Shown one piece after another: positions 9,569-24,506 of a stretch of 34,431 bases of DNA. The stretch covers positions 1-34,431 of the forward strand of contig JAPEUG010000171.1 in assembly GCA_026025795.1 (NCBI GenBank), in the 5' to 3' direction. Every line of letters begins with the position of its first letter. Position 1 is the first letter of the stretch. This DNA is from Thelocarpon superellum. Lineage: Eukaryota. The translations under genes were made by a program, and so were the position numbers. The notes under the pieces were generated by a model. The model ran no database searches, was not told the origin of the DNA, and worked only from the letters and a program-made list of their open reading frames with translations.

Positions 9569-11969
9569 TCACCAATCTTCGGGCGGAACGTAATCCGATC
9601 GATGCTCCGAGATCTTGGGGTTCAATGGCGACGGGCCGTGAATGGGCCAGTCCTTCGCATCGGGCCCGTTCTTCGGCGGCGGTCGGGGAGCATTCTCATT
9701 GGAGTCGTCCAACAATCCCCGTTTCCCCGGCCCGATGCCAGGCGTGCCCGTGCCCGTGCCCGTCCCCGGGCCCGCCGTCTGCGCCCAGTAGCGAGCCCGG
9801 TCGAGTTTCTCCTTGGCGGCCATGCGGCCGTCGGATGACAGGGACGAGCCGCGGCCCGTGCCATCGCCTATACCCTCCATCGTGATGACAATCTGCTTGT
9901 GGTTACGCAGCCCGGACCAGCCCAGTCCATGGTCGTTGGTCCAGGTCTGGGACACCTGCCAGCAGTGGCTGAGCTCGGGCGACGCCTCTTCGAAGACGCT
10001 CTCCGTCTGCCCGCGCCACGGAGGCGTGCCCTTCAACCGCGGATTGAGAAAGTAGGACACGTCATCTTTGTGCCAGAGCTCCGGCGTGTCCACCGACAGG
10101 TTGGCCAGGGCCTGCAGCACGCAGTACAGCAGGATCCAGCGACCTTTGCGCGCGTCCACCGGATTGATCTCGCCAATCTGGTCGCGCTTTTCAAACTTGA
10201 GGAAGGCCTCCACCAGATCATTCGACGGAACGTCCGAGCCCAGGAGGAAGACGTTGCTCGCTTCCGCGTACGCCAGGGCGGTCTCCTTGTCGCCGCGCAT
10301 CTTCTTCAAGCCGCTGAAGAGGGCGCCCGACTTGGACTGCTTGCCCGAGAGTGCCACAGGGATGGAGGTGGGAAGCAACGGGTAGGCGTGCGGGATCCGA
10401 GGGAAGTGGTGGCGTTGGTCGAAGCTGGTGAAGAAGGAGGTCAGAGGAAGATCGTCCGTGTCGGCGCGGAAGGTCGCCCGCTTCGACTTGCTGACCATCC
10501 GGCCCTCGTCATTCCACACGACGTCGCGGTCGACAAAGTAATCGTACAGCGCACCAAAGTCCCGCTGCAGTCGCATGGCCAGCGGCCGTGTCAACCATCC
10601 GCTCCCGTTCTCGCGCGCCCCCTTGACGGGCCACGTCTTGTAGGTCGACTCGTAGAACTGCTTCAGGAATTTCTGGAAGCGATCGAAGCTGGACCGAGCC
10701 GGCGGTGGCTGCGCACTCTGCGTCGGCCAGATCTGCTGGAAGTTGAAAGTCGCCAAGACCTCCTCCGCCTTCTGCACCCGGATCTGCAGCTCGAGGTGCG
10801 AGTTCTCCAGCAGCGATCGCGACACCAGACTGACGTCGCGGAACTCGGGTCTGTCCACCAGGTGCGGGTACATGCCGACGCAGTGCACAAAGGCCTCGCG
10901 CCACCCCTCGTCCCAGCGCACGCTGGGCTCCTCGCTCCACGCGAGCAGGCCCGCCGCCGCCCCAGGATCATTGCGCACGTCATCGAGGTAGTTCGTGGCG
11001 AGATAGTCGATCACCAGGCTGGCCGAATCCACGTCCGGCTCCATGTAGGAGACAAGCCGCTCGTGAAGGTCCACCAGCGCTTGGTAGAAGTTCAGCCCGA
11101 CCAAGGACTTGTTCAGCAGCAGGGCCAGCACGTTGCGTGTCGTCAAGTGGTGGCGCAAGATGTCCATCTTCGTCGCCTCGGCCGGCGCAGGAAAGTAGAG
11201 CTCGTACAGGATCGGGCTCTCCGCCGAGCCGGCCCGATCGGATAGGGGCGGTGTGGGCTGGCCACCGCGCTTTTGCAGACTGTTGATGACGCGCGGCAAC
11301 CGCGGTCGCGGTGGGGCTGGTACTGCCTCCGACTCAAATGACGAGGCGCGCGAACCGACGTCGCGAGCCGCCGTGGTCGGGGAAGTGGACCGGTTCGAGG
11401 CGGGCGGGGTGAGGGGCTTCTGCGCGCTGTACGAATATTCCGGGGGCCGGTCATTCTGGTGTCTGGATCCGTCGCGCAGCATGGCAAGGAAGTATGACGA
11501 CTCCGTCTCTTCCAGGATCGCCGCTTTGATGCGGAACGAGGGCTCGGGACGTTGATGACCAAAGTAGACCAATGTGTCGCCCGCCATGTCCCAGAGTTCC
11601 GGGTCCTGCGAGAGATGAGAGGGGAGGTCGTGCGGCGTAGGTCTCGACTGAACGCACCTTGCGCAATTTCCCCCATGCTTGTGGACCTCTACCCTCACCC
11701 GTCCAGTTCCATACGCTGGCGGCCTGCTCCAGACTTCTCATCTCATGGCGCGGCCCGCCACGGGGTCGGATTGTGAGCGGCTTGTGCAAGCGTGAGCCAG
11801 TCCCCTCCGCCCTGGATTCCAAGCGCGACTCCAGGCGCGACTCCATTCGCGACGTCGAGCCCGAGCCTGACCCGGAGGACTGGCCGCCGCTGACATAGCT
11901 GGACTGGCGGCTGTGTGACATGCTGCGCGACACGCTGTGTGACACGCTGTGGGAGATGCTGTGCGACAT
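9569..11969 (-). CDS. Conserved fungal hypothetical protein, about 782 aa (W.G..R...W.KL.KDPELW...GD.LVY...PSFR type; possibly DUF8004-like); exons 11969-11658, 11605-9569
   Basis: A long ORF with biased codon usage; a 52-nt intron 11657-11606 (GTGCGT...CTCAT...CGCAG) joins AWGKLRK|DPELWDMAGDTLVYF. Motifs HLTTRNVLA.L..K.LVG, W.E.WREAFVHCVGM, DARKGRWILLYC.LQ.L. The family name is from memory and unverified. Start is the first ATG after an in-frame stop. Confidence 0.85.
11810..11969 (-). repeat. Coding 12-bp tandem repeats (SHSI/SHSV/SHSV/SRSM/SHSR; ESRL-ESRL-ESRA) in the N-terminus of the hypothetical protein
   Basis: gacacgctgtgt-like and gcgactccaggc-like units visible at about 11910-11969 and 11810-11846. 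Confidence 0.8.
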
Positions 11970-13812
11970 CTTGAACACGTTGCTGAGCGACAGGTGCCCG
12001 ATGCGGAGAAGAAGGTCTGCTCAAAGCGTTCCGCCTGGATGTGGTGGTGCTTTGGACACCGTCCACGTTCAAGGAGGATGCGCAAATGACGTTGCTGGAC
12101 TCGATACTGTCGATGCCATGCGCAAAGGTGTGGTCTAAGGGAGGGAAGTGGCCGAGCCAGTGACGACCTGGGCCAATATAGGATGATCAAATGATGGTGC
12201 AGATCAAGAGACCAGGGTCAGGCGAAACCTCACACTCCAGCTCGTGCAGGGTGGGACGAGGCGTGGGCTGGAACGCATGTCCTGCCTGGCTCGTGCAGGG
12301 GGAAGCAGGTCTGGCGGCTCGCCTAGACTTCGTCCTAGTCCGTGGAACGTTCGACGCAGGGTAGAAGGGGGGGTGGGGCAGCAGACGTGCAGCTGGAGGA
12401 CATATCAAGAGTACGTGGGTGTTGTATGCGGTGCTGGGCCAAGCAGCTAGCATTTGATCGAGGGAAGGGAAAGACGTGGGGCTGGGCGGGGGCTGCTGGT
12501 GGTGATAGAGTGAACGGGGGCGGGCCAAGGCCGGCAGAACGACCGAATGAGGGACCCCGTCGAGGCAGGTCTGAATGCCAACGGGAGCCAGCGCGGGGTA
12601 GGAAGAGCCATGCTGCCATTTGGGCCTGAGTACGGCCGCCCTGGACGGATCATCTCCGGGCAGCGTCGAGTGATGGCGAGAGAGGCGCTCCAGGTCTAGT
12701 CGAAGGTTAGTATGCAATCGACCGCGGCGTTGCACAGATCGACGGCTCGCCGATCCTTGGGAAGGAACGGATCCCGCACCGTCGTTCGTATCAAAAGGAC
12801 ATTGCCTACGTGCCTAGTAGAGTGCGGAAGTCCTGCTGCCCTTGGAGTGGGTGGCCTCGCAACTTCCTCCGGCCACTGTAGGGGCAAGCCTGACATGGCT
12901 GCCGGTCTCAGGCTCGCCGCTCTCGGGCCCAGGCGCGACGTCTGTGAGCTCGAAGGGGATTAGGTGGGGTGAGGTCGTAGGGGCAGCGAGGCCGGAGGAT
13001 TCCTCCAGGGGCGCTTGCCCTGATTGCAGCGCTCGCGTCTCTTAGCGCCTCGCAAGTCTGCACCGCGCATGCACCTGGGGGGAGAGACGAAGCGTCCGAG
13101 TCTAGGACCGCCCTGCTCCACTGCTCCACTGCTCCACTGGTTCCACAGTCCCAACGTGCTACGGGTACTCGTAGTCCCTAGCCCTAGTCTAAAACGACGA
13201 AACCCCGCCGCGTCCTTTTGTACTCTCCGGCATCGCCGTTGACCCTACCAAGGTACGAGGGAGTTTTTCCGCCGAGGACCAGGGACGGAGGACGGAGGAC
13301 GGAGGATGTACTCGGAGCAGTTTGAATCGTCGCATATGCGACCGTTATTTCGAATGCACGTTGCGTGCGTGCCGGCGCTTCAGTTGATCTGTGTGCGTGG
13401 GGGGCAGGCACAAGGGGAAGGTCATCGCATCAGTCGTGCTGTCCATCGATGGCGGCACATCTGATGCGCTCCGCCGCGGTGGCTGGCGCCGGGCCGCCAT
13501 GCTGACATTCATCCCCAACGTAGATTCGCAGTCCGAGTTCGCTGGTACGGGGTTGACACGTAGGGGTACGGGTCATCTCGATGCAGTGCGCGGGCTGGGT
13601 GCGATGACATGAGCCGACTTACTCGGACTCGTTCCTTTCCCCATGTTAGGGTCCTCCGGTCGGCCAAGGACGTCGGCTTGACCATGGCGGCGGTCGTGGA
13701 CCACAGTCGCTGCTCAGCCAGCTGTGTGGTCACGCTGGTCTCCGGAAAAGGGCTGTTGGTCGACCCACGGGACACAACTGGTGCGGGTAGTGGCGTGCAT
13801 CTGCCCAGGCAA

Positions 13813-13854
13813 GCCTGTCGAGTGCCTGTCGAGTGCCTGTCGAGTGCCTGTCGA
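13813..13854. repeat. 11-bp tandem repeat (GCCTGTCGAGT), about 3.8 copies
   Basis: gcctgtcgagt gcctgtcgagt gcctgtcgagt gcctgtcga, perfect copies. Confidence 0.9.
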
Positions 13855-15120
13855 AAGGCGTTGGCATCAAGTGCTTGGGGCTGGTGGGCGGCATGCGTCC
13901 GGCGTGGAACTCGTACGGTCGGGTGCCGTCGTACCAGCGGTGGGCTTGAATAATGCTCGCCGGTACGGTACTAGTACTGCTGCACGTCGAGGGCGGGCGG
14001 CGAAGCTGGTGGCTGAACGGCCGATTACGCGGTTGCCGATCCCGGCTCAAACGGAACTGCGAGTAGGGAAGGCCCGAGGAAGACTCGATGCAACCCCGCC
14101 CCCATCGGCCTCGTGTGCACGGCCATCCTCAGTCCTGGATCGCGCCCCAAATCATCGGCCCCGACTTCTGAAACTAACATAAACTTCAAGCGTAAGGCCT
14201 ATCGGTCAACCGGCCGGCCTCTCTTGCCGACCCGCTTATTTGTACGAGAAAGGCTCTTGGGCAAAAAGGTTATCCACCACACGCACTGACAATCCCGTCC
14301 ATGCACGCCCAGACGTCTGGGCTCGGCGATCTCTTTCTCCTCTATCGTAGTGCCCGTCCTTGGAAGTCTTCCCTCACCTGTTGGGGGTTCTCGGGAGGTG
14401 GAATTCTCCGGAGGTGGGAAGTGATATGCACTGGAGAAGGACCCGGACGGTTTACGCAGGACCCCCTCCATTTCCACCCCTGGCCAGCATTTGACTTCCG
14501 CTTGCCCCGGCAAGGTACGGCCGGGTCCGCGTCCGTGTTAGCCTCTAGCCCATCACGCTGGCGCTCCCTCCCATCTCCCCATCTCGCGGAGCCAGACTCT
14601 AGCTTCAGCCCTTCTGGGCACGCAATCGGCAAGCGGCGGAGGACGGGATGGATGCAAGTCTGCGTCCGGTGATTGGTTCCGGCGACGACCCTTGTCGGCC
14701 TCCTCGTGGATGCTACAGTGCTCCTTCGCCTCGCTGCCACTGGGCACCGTCTCTGAGCATACCGCGATCGACATATCGTTCGCACCCTCCTCGTGGTCGA
14801 CAGGCGCAGTAGCGGGCCCGAGGGCTGGTCTCGAAGCTTCGATTTGTCGTCTGGGCGAAGGAGGTGATGGGGGGCACCTGTGTTTCGACCCACACCGGTC
14901 CCGTGCCCAGGACGGCTGAGCACAGTCTTTCCAGCCGTCAAGGGCCTTGTTCGCGCACGGGCAGCCTAGTGTCCGTGGGCTTATCGCCGGCGCCCACCGA
15001 AGGATCTTCCGTTGATATCTGCCTCCGCCATCTCGGGGACATCGTGGAGAAACACCTTTCGTCGCGTTGTCTGAAAGGCTAGGTGCAATCGCCTCGTCGT
15101 GCGATCCGTTGTGCCGGCAT

Positions 15121-15160
15121 CATCACCATCGCCACCGCCATCGCCATCGCCATCGCCATC
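15121..15160 (+). repeat. (GCCATC)n hexamer repeat directly before the nitrate transporter ATG
   Basis: catcaccatcgccaccgccatcgccatcgccatcgccatc|ATG. Confidence 0.8.
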
Positions 15161-16791
15161 ATGGGGTTCAAGGTGTCAAGTTTATGGCGAGAGCCTGAGA
15201 TCAATCCCGTCAACCAAAAGGCCAAGACCATCCCCTTCTTCAATCCCTTCAACATCTACGGCCGCGTCTTCCTGCTCTCGTGGTGGGGGTTCTTCGTCGC
15301 CTTCTGGTCCTGGTAGGTAGTGGAGGATCTGCGTGCGTGGTGCCGACTGACCTGGGATGCTTAGGTATGCCTTCCCGCCGCTTTTGACGGTCACGATCAA
15401 ACAGGACCTCAAATTGTCCCAAGTGGACATTGCCAATTCCAACATCCTGAGCCTGACCGCGACGTTGATTGTGCGTCTCTCGGCGGGGACGGCGTGCGAT
15501 ACCTTTGGTCCTCGATGGACCTTTGTCTTCCTGCTCCTGGCCGGCGCCATCCCGACGGCGCTGGCCGGCACCGTCACCAACGCCTCGGGCCTTATCGCCG
15601 TGCGCTTCTTCGTCGGGATCCTGGGTGGCACCTTCATTCCGTGTCAGGTATGGACGACGGGCTTCTTCGATAAGAGCACGGTGGGCGCGGCCAACTCGTT
15701 GGCGGCCGGGCTGGGCAACGCCGGAGGCGGCATCACCTACTTCCTGATGCCGGCCATCTTCGACTCGCTGGTGTCGCGGCAGGGCATGACGCCGCACACG
15801 GCGTGGCGAGTGACGTTCGTGGTGCCCTTCATCCTGATCGTGGCGACGGCGCTGGCGATGATTCTCAGCTGCCCCGACACCCCCACCGGTCGGTGGTCCT
15901 CGCGTCGGCTGGCGGTGGAGCAGCGGCTGGCGACGCGCGACACCTTCCTGAGCACGGTGGCGCACCCCAAGGGCTCGTCGACGGGCCACGACTCGCTGAA
16001 CACGTCGGACGACAAGGTGGAGATTCATCCGGTGCGTGGGCGCCACGGGGCCGGCGCGGCCGACGCCGAGCAGGATCTGCTGGAAGCGGCCAGCTGGGAG
16101 CTGGTAGAGAAGCCGACGTACCATGGCTCGACCAAGGCGGTGGTGTCGTTACCGACCTTGACCCTGATCGTGGTCTACTTCTGCTCCTTTGGCGCCGAGC
16201 TGAGCATCAACTCGGTGCTTGGGGCCTACTATCTGCAGAATTTCCCCTACTTGGGCCAGACGGGCTCGGGCAATTGGGCGGCCATGTTTGGCATCTTGAA
16301 CGCCGTCTGCCGTCCCGCGGGCGGCATCATCAGTGACTTCATCTATCGCAAGACCCGGTCGCTGTGGGGCAAGAAGATACTGGTGCACCTCTTCGCCTTC
16401 CTCCAGGGCACCTTCCTCATCATCATCGGCTTCATGAACCCGACGAGCGAGGCGACGATGTTTGGACTGATGGCCGGCTTGGCCTTCTTCATTGAAGCTG
16501 GCAACGGCGCCTGCTTCTCGCTGGTTCCCCACGTGCATCCGACGTCCAATGGTACGAGCCCTGCGATACGCCCGGTCCAGACCTCTACTAACGCGCCGGA
16601 TTCTAGGTCTCATCACGGGTGTGACGGGAGCGTCGGGGAATCTAGGTGGCATCGTGTTCTTGCTGGTCTCCCGATACAACGGCACGGCCTACGGCAAGCT
16701 GTTCTGGATCATTGGCATCGTGACCATCGCTGCCAATCTGGCCGTCTCTTTCCTACGACCGATCCCTCGGAACCAACTCGGCGGACGATAG
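15161..16791 (+). CDS. crnA: High-affinity nitrate transporter, MFS NNP family (NrtA/CrnA, NRT2-like), 507 aa; exons 15161-15312, 15365-16551, 16607-16791
   Basis: N-terminus [39 protein letters not shown]; nitrate signatures [10 protein letters not shown] and GASGNLGG; conserved Arg in TM2 (LIVRL.AG..CD.FGPR) and TM8 (VCRPAGG). Introns 15313-15364 and 16552-16606 with CTGAC/CTAAC branch points keep the frame. Confidence 0.95.
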
Positions 16792-18907
16792 GCCGTCGTC
16801 CGCCGACCTTTCTTCTTACGTTTACATTGTTACGGCTCGATATATGTACAAAGGGCGAAATGACGGCGTCTCCGTTGGATCAGTGAACGGGCGTATTACA
16901 GACCTTGGCGACTCACCGATGGTCCTTGCGGTATATTTGGGGAGAGGAAATCGTGATCTTATGAAGTGTGATGATGGACGATAATTTTAAGACTAGCTGT
17001 AGGAGAAGTGTGAGATACGAGAGCCTTACTGAAAAGTAATTAAATAAGGTTATTGGAACAATGGACACAGCCAATCGATTATGACGAGACTCTGGTATCT
17101 GAACTGGTGAATGGATCCAGTGGGAATATACCACATACTATGAACTAGACGTAGAGCAAGTGCGTTGTCAAAACCCTGGTACAGGTGGTTGGTCATCAAG
17201 GTATCTATGGGCGCGATCGAGACGAAGGGCAAGGATAAGATCGGGGTTTGAGTGGTACCGCGCCGGTACTCGTATGCCTACTCGTATGAGGCAGTCCGCG
17301 TCTAGCGTGGCCTACCCTACTCGTCATCCTCACCGAGCGCCTCACCGTGTGGAGCTCTTCGAATGACAATAGTATTGGCCGTGGGCGCCATATTCTATAA
17401 CAAGGTCGTCATTATCGTACGATTATGGCACCCACAACCCTCGCGCTACCGTACCATACGGGCCAGTTGACATGGACGGCGTTGGTCTTGGTACGAAATA
17501 CTCATGCCCCTATCCCGTTTTGCACTAACAACGGGCAGGGATGGCGAGCCTCTTCCCATGCCTCAACAGTGATGGCGGCCATGGTTGCACGCTTGCGTGC
17601 GTCCGGGCAAACTCGATCTGGCCGATCGCTCTCGCTTTCCCGTCTGTCGAGGGAGCTAGGTAGCCTGCGTGTGCTACTACTGGACGTACGTGACGGAGCG
17701 TACGGTAGGCGACCTAAATGTCATCGGACGATCGGTGGACCCTGTCATGATTAGCGGCCGCCGCCACCATCGTGCTAGACGGGCTCGAGTATCGGACGGA
17801 GTGATTGTCATTGGTGCCTCCCGTACTACTAACTACTGCATGATCCCTAAATGCTCCGTCCGGAGATCAAGGTGACTTGATTTTTCCGCAGCCGCCGCCA
17901 CCGCGCAGACATGTTGGGGGATTCGCGCTGCATGGGTACTGCATTTTCCTGCTGTGATGGTCGCGTCGATCATCTTCACTCAACTTACCGGACTGCAGGT
18001 TGCAGGCTGCAGAATAAGGTAGAGTGGAGATGGATCGAGGGGCGGATGGACTATTCATAGCATGTAGTGCATCAACGGATGAGCTGCAGCTTGGTCGATG
18101 CGTCTGCCCCTGATGATACCTACTCGGAGGCAAATGACGGTCGGTCTGGTACCGGACGGAATGACCACCATGACAGACGGGAAGAGGCACTACTGTTCAA
18201 GACAGTGGCGAGTTGGGTCTCTACCATGATCCACCGATGGTGGACGTAGCTGCGCACGCGAAGGCCACGCCCCGAGCCACCACCTACTAGAGGTGCCCGT
18301 ACTCGTTCTTGTGTGGCCCCAGGCTCTACTACACCCCAGTAGTATGGGCAGCAGCACTGCCACTAAAATAGCACGAAGAAGCTCGAACGCTGACACCCAC
18401 CGTCGTCGTTAGCCAATGCCACCTCCACTCCAGGTCCCATCCACCTGGCCTCCCCAGGAGCCGGCCGCCCACAGGCCCACGGGTTGGTTGCTACGCAGCG
18501 CACGGGTACTGGACACGGCGCTGTCCCGTCTTACGGACAATAGTATGACTCGGAGACATGAAACAGGCGGGAAGGATCTTCGCACTACGTTCCTATCCAT
18601 GGTGATCGGTGCTGAAAGTATGGCACTACAAGTACGTGTTGTGCTCTTCTATGGTCCCTCGTTCATCATATACCCAGCAGTGAATGATAAGCTGATGCAT
18701 ATACCATGTTGGTTACAAGTATCCTTGTACGATTGTTGCAGTAGCTTCCCAGTGTACCGGCATCCAATCCTCCACTTCTCTACACAACATCACCCGCTTT
18801 CGACCCCCGTAGATGCGGTTTTCGACGTCAGTGCCTGAGTCCGTTAGAACCCAGACCGGGCTCGGGTCAGAGCCGACCAAGCTCAATTCCATACCTCGGT
18901 CACAATC

Positions 18908-19312
18908 TCACGCAGTCTTATTGCAGAATTCGTCGCTGGGCTGGGGCAAGGTAAACATGACCTCGCTATTGAAGTTGCACACGTGGTAAGACGTCGAGTT
19001 GCACGAGGGCGTGGCGGGACAAGGGGCGTGGGTCGCATTGACAGGCGTGCAAATCTCTTGCGTTCCGTCATAGCAGCTGGGGAAGGTGGCTACGGGTAGT
19101 ACGGCCTCGTCGTTGAGGCAGATGACTCCCACCGCTGTGGGCCAGAGCGTGCTGTAGGTGCCTTCTGCGTTGCAGTGGTAGCCGAAGAGGTCCTCGCAGA
19201 CTAAGCTGTTTGGGACGCACGAGCCCGCCGCCGTCACAGGGTTGAACTGAATCTGCGCGGAGACAGACAGCGCGAAGGTGAGAGCGGCCGTGAGGATCTG
19301 GAGACGATGCAT
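18908..19312 (-). CDS. Small secreted cysteine-rich protein, 134 aa, 10 Cys (effector-like)
   Basis: ATG 19312, signal peptide MHRLQILTAALTFALSVSA|QIQF; intronless ORF with an even Cys number, 3 N-glycosylation sequons and C/G-ending codon bias. Confidence 0.8.
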   Translation of the reverse strand: MHRLQILTAALTFALSVSAQIQFNPVTAAGSCVPNSLVCEDLFGYHCNAEGTYSTLWPTAVGVICLNDEAVLPVATFPSCYDGTQEICTPVNATHAPCPATPSCNSTSYHVCNFNSEVMFTLPQPSDEFCNKTA

Positions 19313-21413
19313 GATCACGGTTGCGACGATCAAGCAACGTCTCAATACGCTGAATGAACCAAGGAACGAATGAAGTCGAGATACGGAATCTGCCTGACAG
19401 TAGAGAGAGAGATGGAGACAGAAGCAGGGTTCCATATCACCGGCTGGATGTATCCTTTTCTTCAGGACTACGAGAACGCGTCATCAACGCTGCACATGTC
19501 TCGAGCTCACCCTGATGTTGATGACGCTCCGATAATGCCGCGCACATGGCGTTATACCGAAGGACATATCTCGCTGCATTCTAAACGCAGCCATTCGCAT
19601 CCTGCTGGGCCTCCCAAACGGATATAAAAGATAGGCGAACTGGGCCAGGATTCCGGCCTCGCCGTCATAGGCAAGACGTAAGATGGAAGGAAGTCGGGCT
19701 AAGATTGATGAGGTGCAAAGGGTCCGCAGCATTGACGGGTTGTCAAAATTCGCGCATGTTTATGCGAGCGATGGCGAGCGATGCGATCTGGGGTGGTGAC
19801 CTGGCACAGGATGAGATCCACCGTACTCGTGCCCCTGTCATCCCCAGGGCACTCTTGACCTATTCCCTAGGCCCAGATACTCGGGTCCGGGCACACGTAG
19901 TGACGGAGTGGAGACACGGAGTGGACAACACCCCAGTCATAATCCGTCTCGTCTCATTCAGACCCCGTACTTGTAGCTGGGAAGGAACGCGGCGTGCGAG
20001 CAGATGTGGGAACGTCAAGCGGAGTTGATACTCTGGCCCGTACCCTTGGCCACCACCGGACGAGCAATACCGAGCAAGTACGAATACTGTAGTAACTACA
20101 AAACTAGTAGTTCCACCCGGCCACATATGCTCGGACAATGCTCCACCAGGGGAAAAGCTCCCGACCCCTTCCGCCCTGACTCGAGTCACGCCCGGCCCAC
20201 GCGACACAATGCCCTTGTTGCATTGCAGGGCATCATCGCCGGAAGCAGTAAGAAAGCCTTCATCCGTCTCTGCTACTCTCCCACTGGGGTGGCCACCAAT
20301 ATGAAGGGGGAGTCTAGGCCGACCGACCAGCGACCGACGCTTCGGAACATCGTCCTAAAGAGACCTCGTCACGGTAGAAGAGTGGAGAGCGTTCGTTCGG
20401 GTAGGGCATGCGCACCTCGAGATATCCGACGCCAATCAACCCAGCCCAACCCTGCCTGACCTCCTCTCCGAGCGGGCCGCGACCACCCTGTCACCACGTT
20501 TTCTGCCTCCCCTCGTGCACGCACAAACGAGTGGGAAAGTGCATGGACGGAGGGGTTTGTCACAAGCGTGCCATGCAGCCCGTCGCCACTCGCGTGTTTT
20601 ACCCGTGGTAGGTATCCTGGATGAGCACGGTACTCGTAGGAGTAGTCCCCCGGAGTCTAGGCCCTGGGTCTTTTGTCGGGTCGCCGTATCTGGCACCTCT
20701 ATGCTGGTGTATACGACGGGATGATGGTGCGGATCTTGGCCGAAGCTTTGGCCCAAGTACAGGTGATGACGGAGTAAAGTACGGTAGCGGAGAAAAGGGC
20801 TCGCATGGTGGTACCAACACGGTCAGGACTTCCAGAACCTTACCTTGGACTGTGCGCCTGACTCGAGGGCCGAGGTATAGCAGACGTAAGGGTGTTGATA
20901 GTGCGGAGGTGCGTATGCTCGGGGCGGTAAAGAGTGGGACAGAAGGGCCAGGTGGGGGACGGGTACTCCGCGCTACGGCTAGGAAATGTAGTTGGTGGCG
21001 CTCTAGGAACGAAGAGCGGTCGCCGGTCGTTGCAAGGCGTCGGGCTAGTTCGATGCCCGCGGCACACAATGAAGATCATCGCACGTCTCTATTCCCTCGT
21101 CATGCACGCCGTGGCAAAGAAGGGGAACGAGCATGCGGACAGCACGGAAGACGGAGTTCCGAATCACACCATGCCATGCGGAGAAGAGTCTGGGTATTGC
21201 CCGCTTTCGTCTCGTACGGAAACAGATCTACACTCGGCTGGTCGCCTAGTCCTGCACGGCGCCGATGGGGGATCTGTAAAATCTCCGGAGAAAGCGCTCG
21301 GGCCGCGCCGAGTCATGAGTGATGATCTATGAATATGTATATGATGCTTGATCCCAGGGATCTTCAGCTGACGTAAGTGGTCAGTCTCTTGTATGATGAT
21401 GCGACGGCACACA

Positions 21414-24506
<3,093 letters not shown>

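Noticed and set aside
9899..11245. 448-aa plus-strand ORF
   Set aside because: Antisense shadow of the minus-strand gene, explained by GC3-biased codons; no recognisable motifs.
13813..13854. CRISPR-like array
   Set aside because: Direct tandem repeats without spacers, in a eukaryotic context.
15249..16124. 291-aa minus-strand ORF and other long ORFs overlapping FAR11, the transporters and LeuRS
   Set aside because: Arg/Gly-rich shadow or alternative frames of well-supported genes in GC-rich DNA.
17867..18600. Minus-strand splice-like signals (GCTAAC...CAG near 18390; GTAAGT near 17987) and the hydrophobic stretch FELLRAILVAVLLPILLG
   Set aside because: I could not assemble an ATG-initiated, in-frame, plausible gene model.
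19623..19800. TATAAAAG followed by a 38-codon plus-strand ORF (MEGSRAK...)
   Set aside because: Too short, with no motif, intron or codon-bias support.
20599..21332. Overlapping 130-230 aa ORFs on both strands downstream of LeuRS
   Set aside because: Random-looking composition, no motifs; the GTAAGG donor near 20843 lacks a suitable acceptor.
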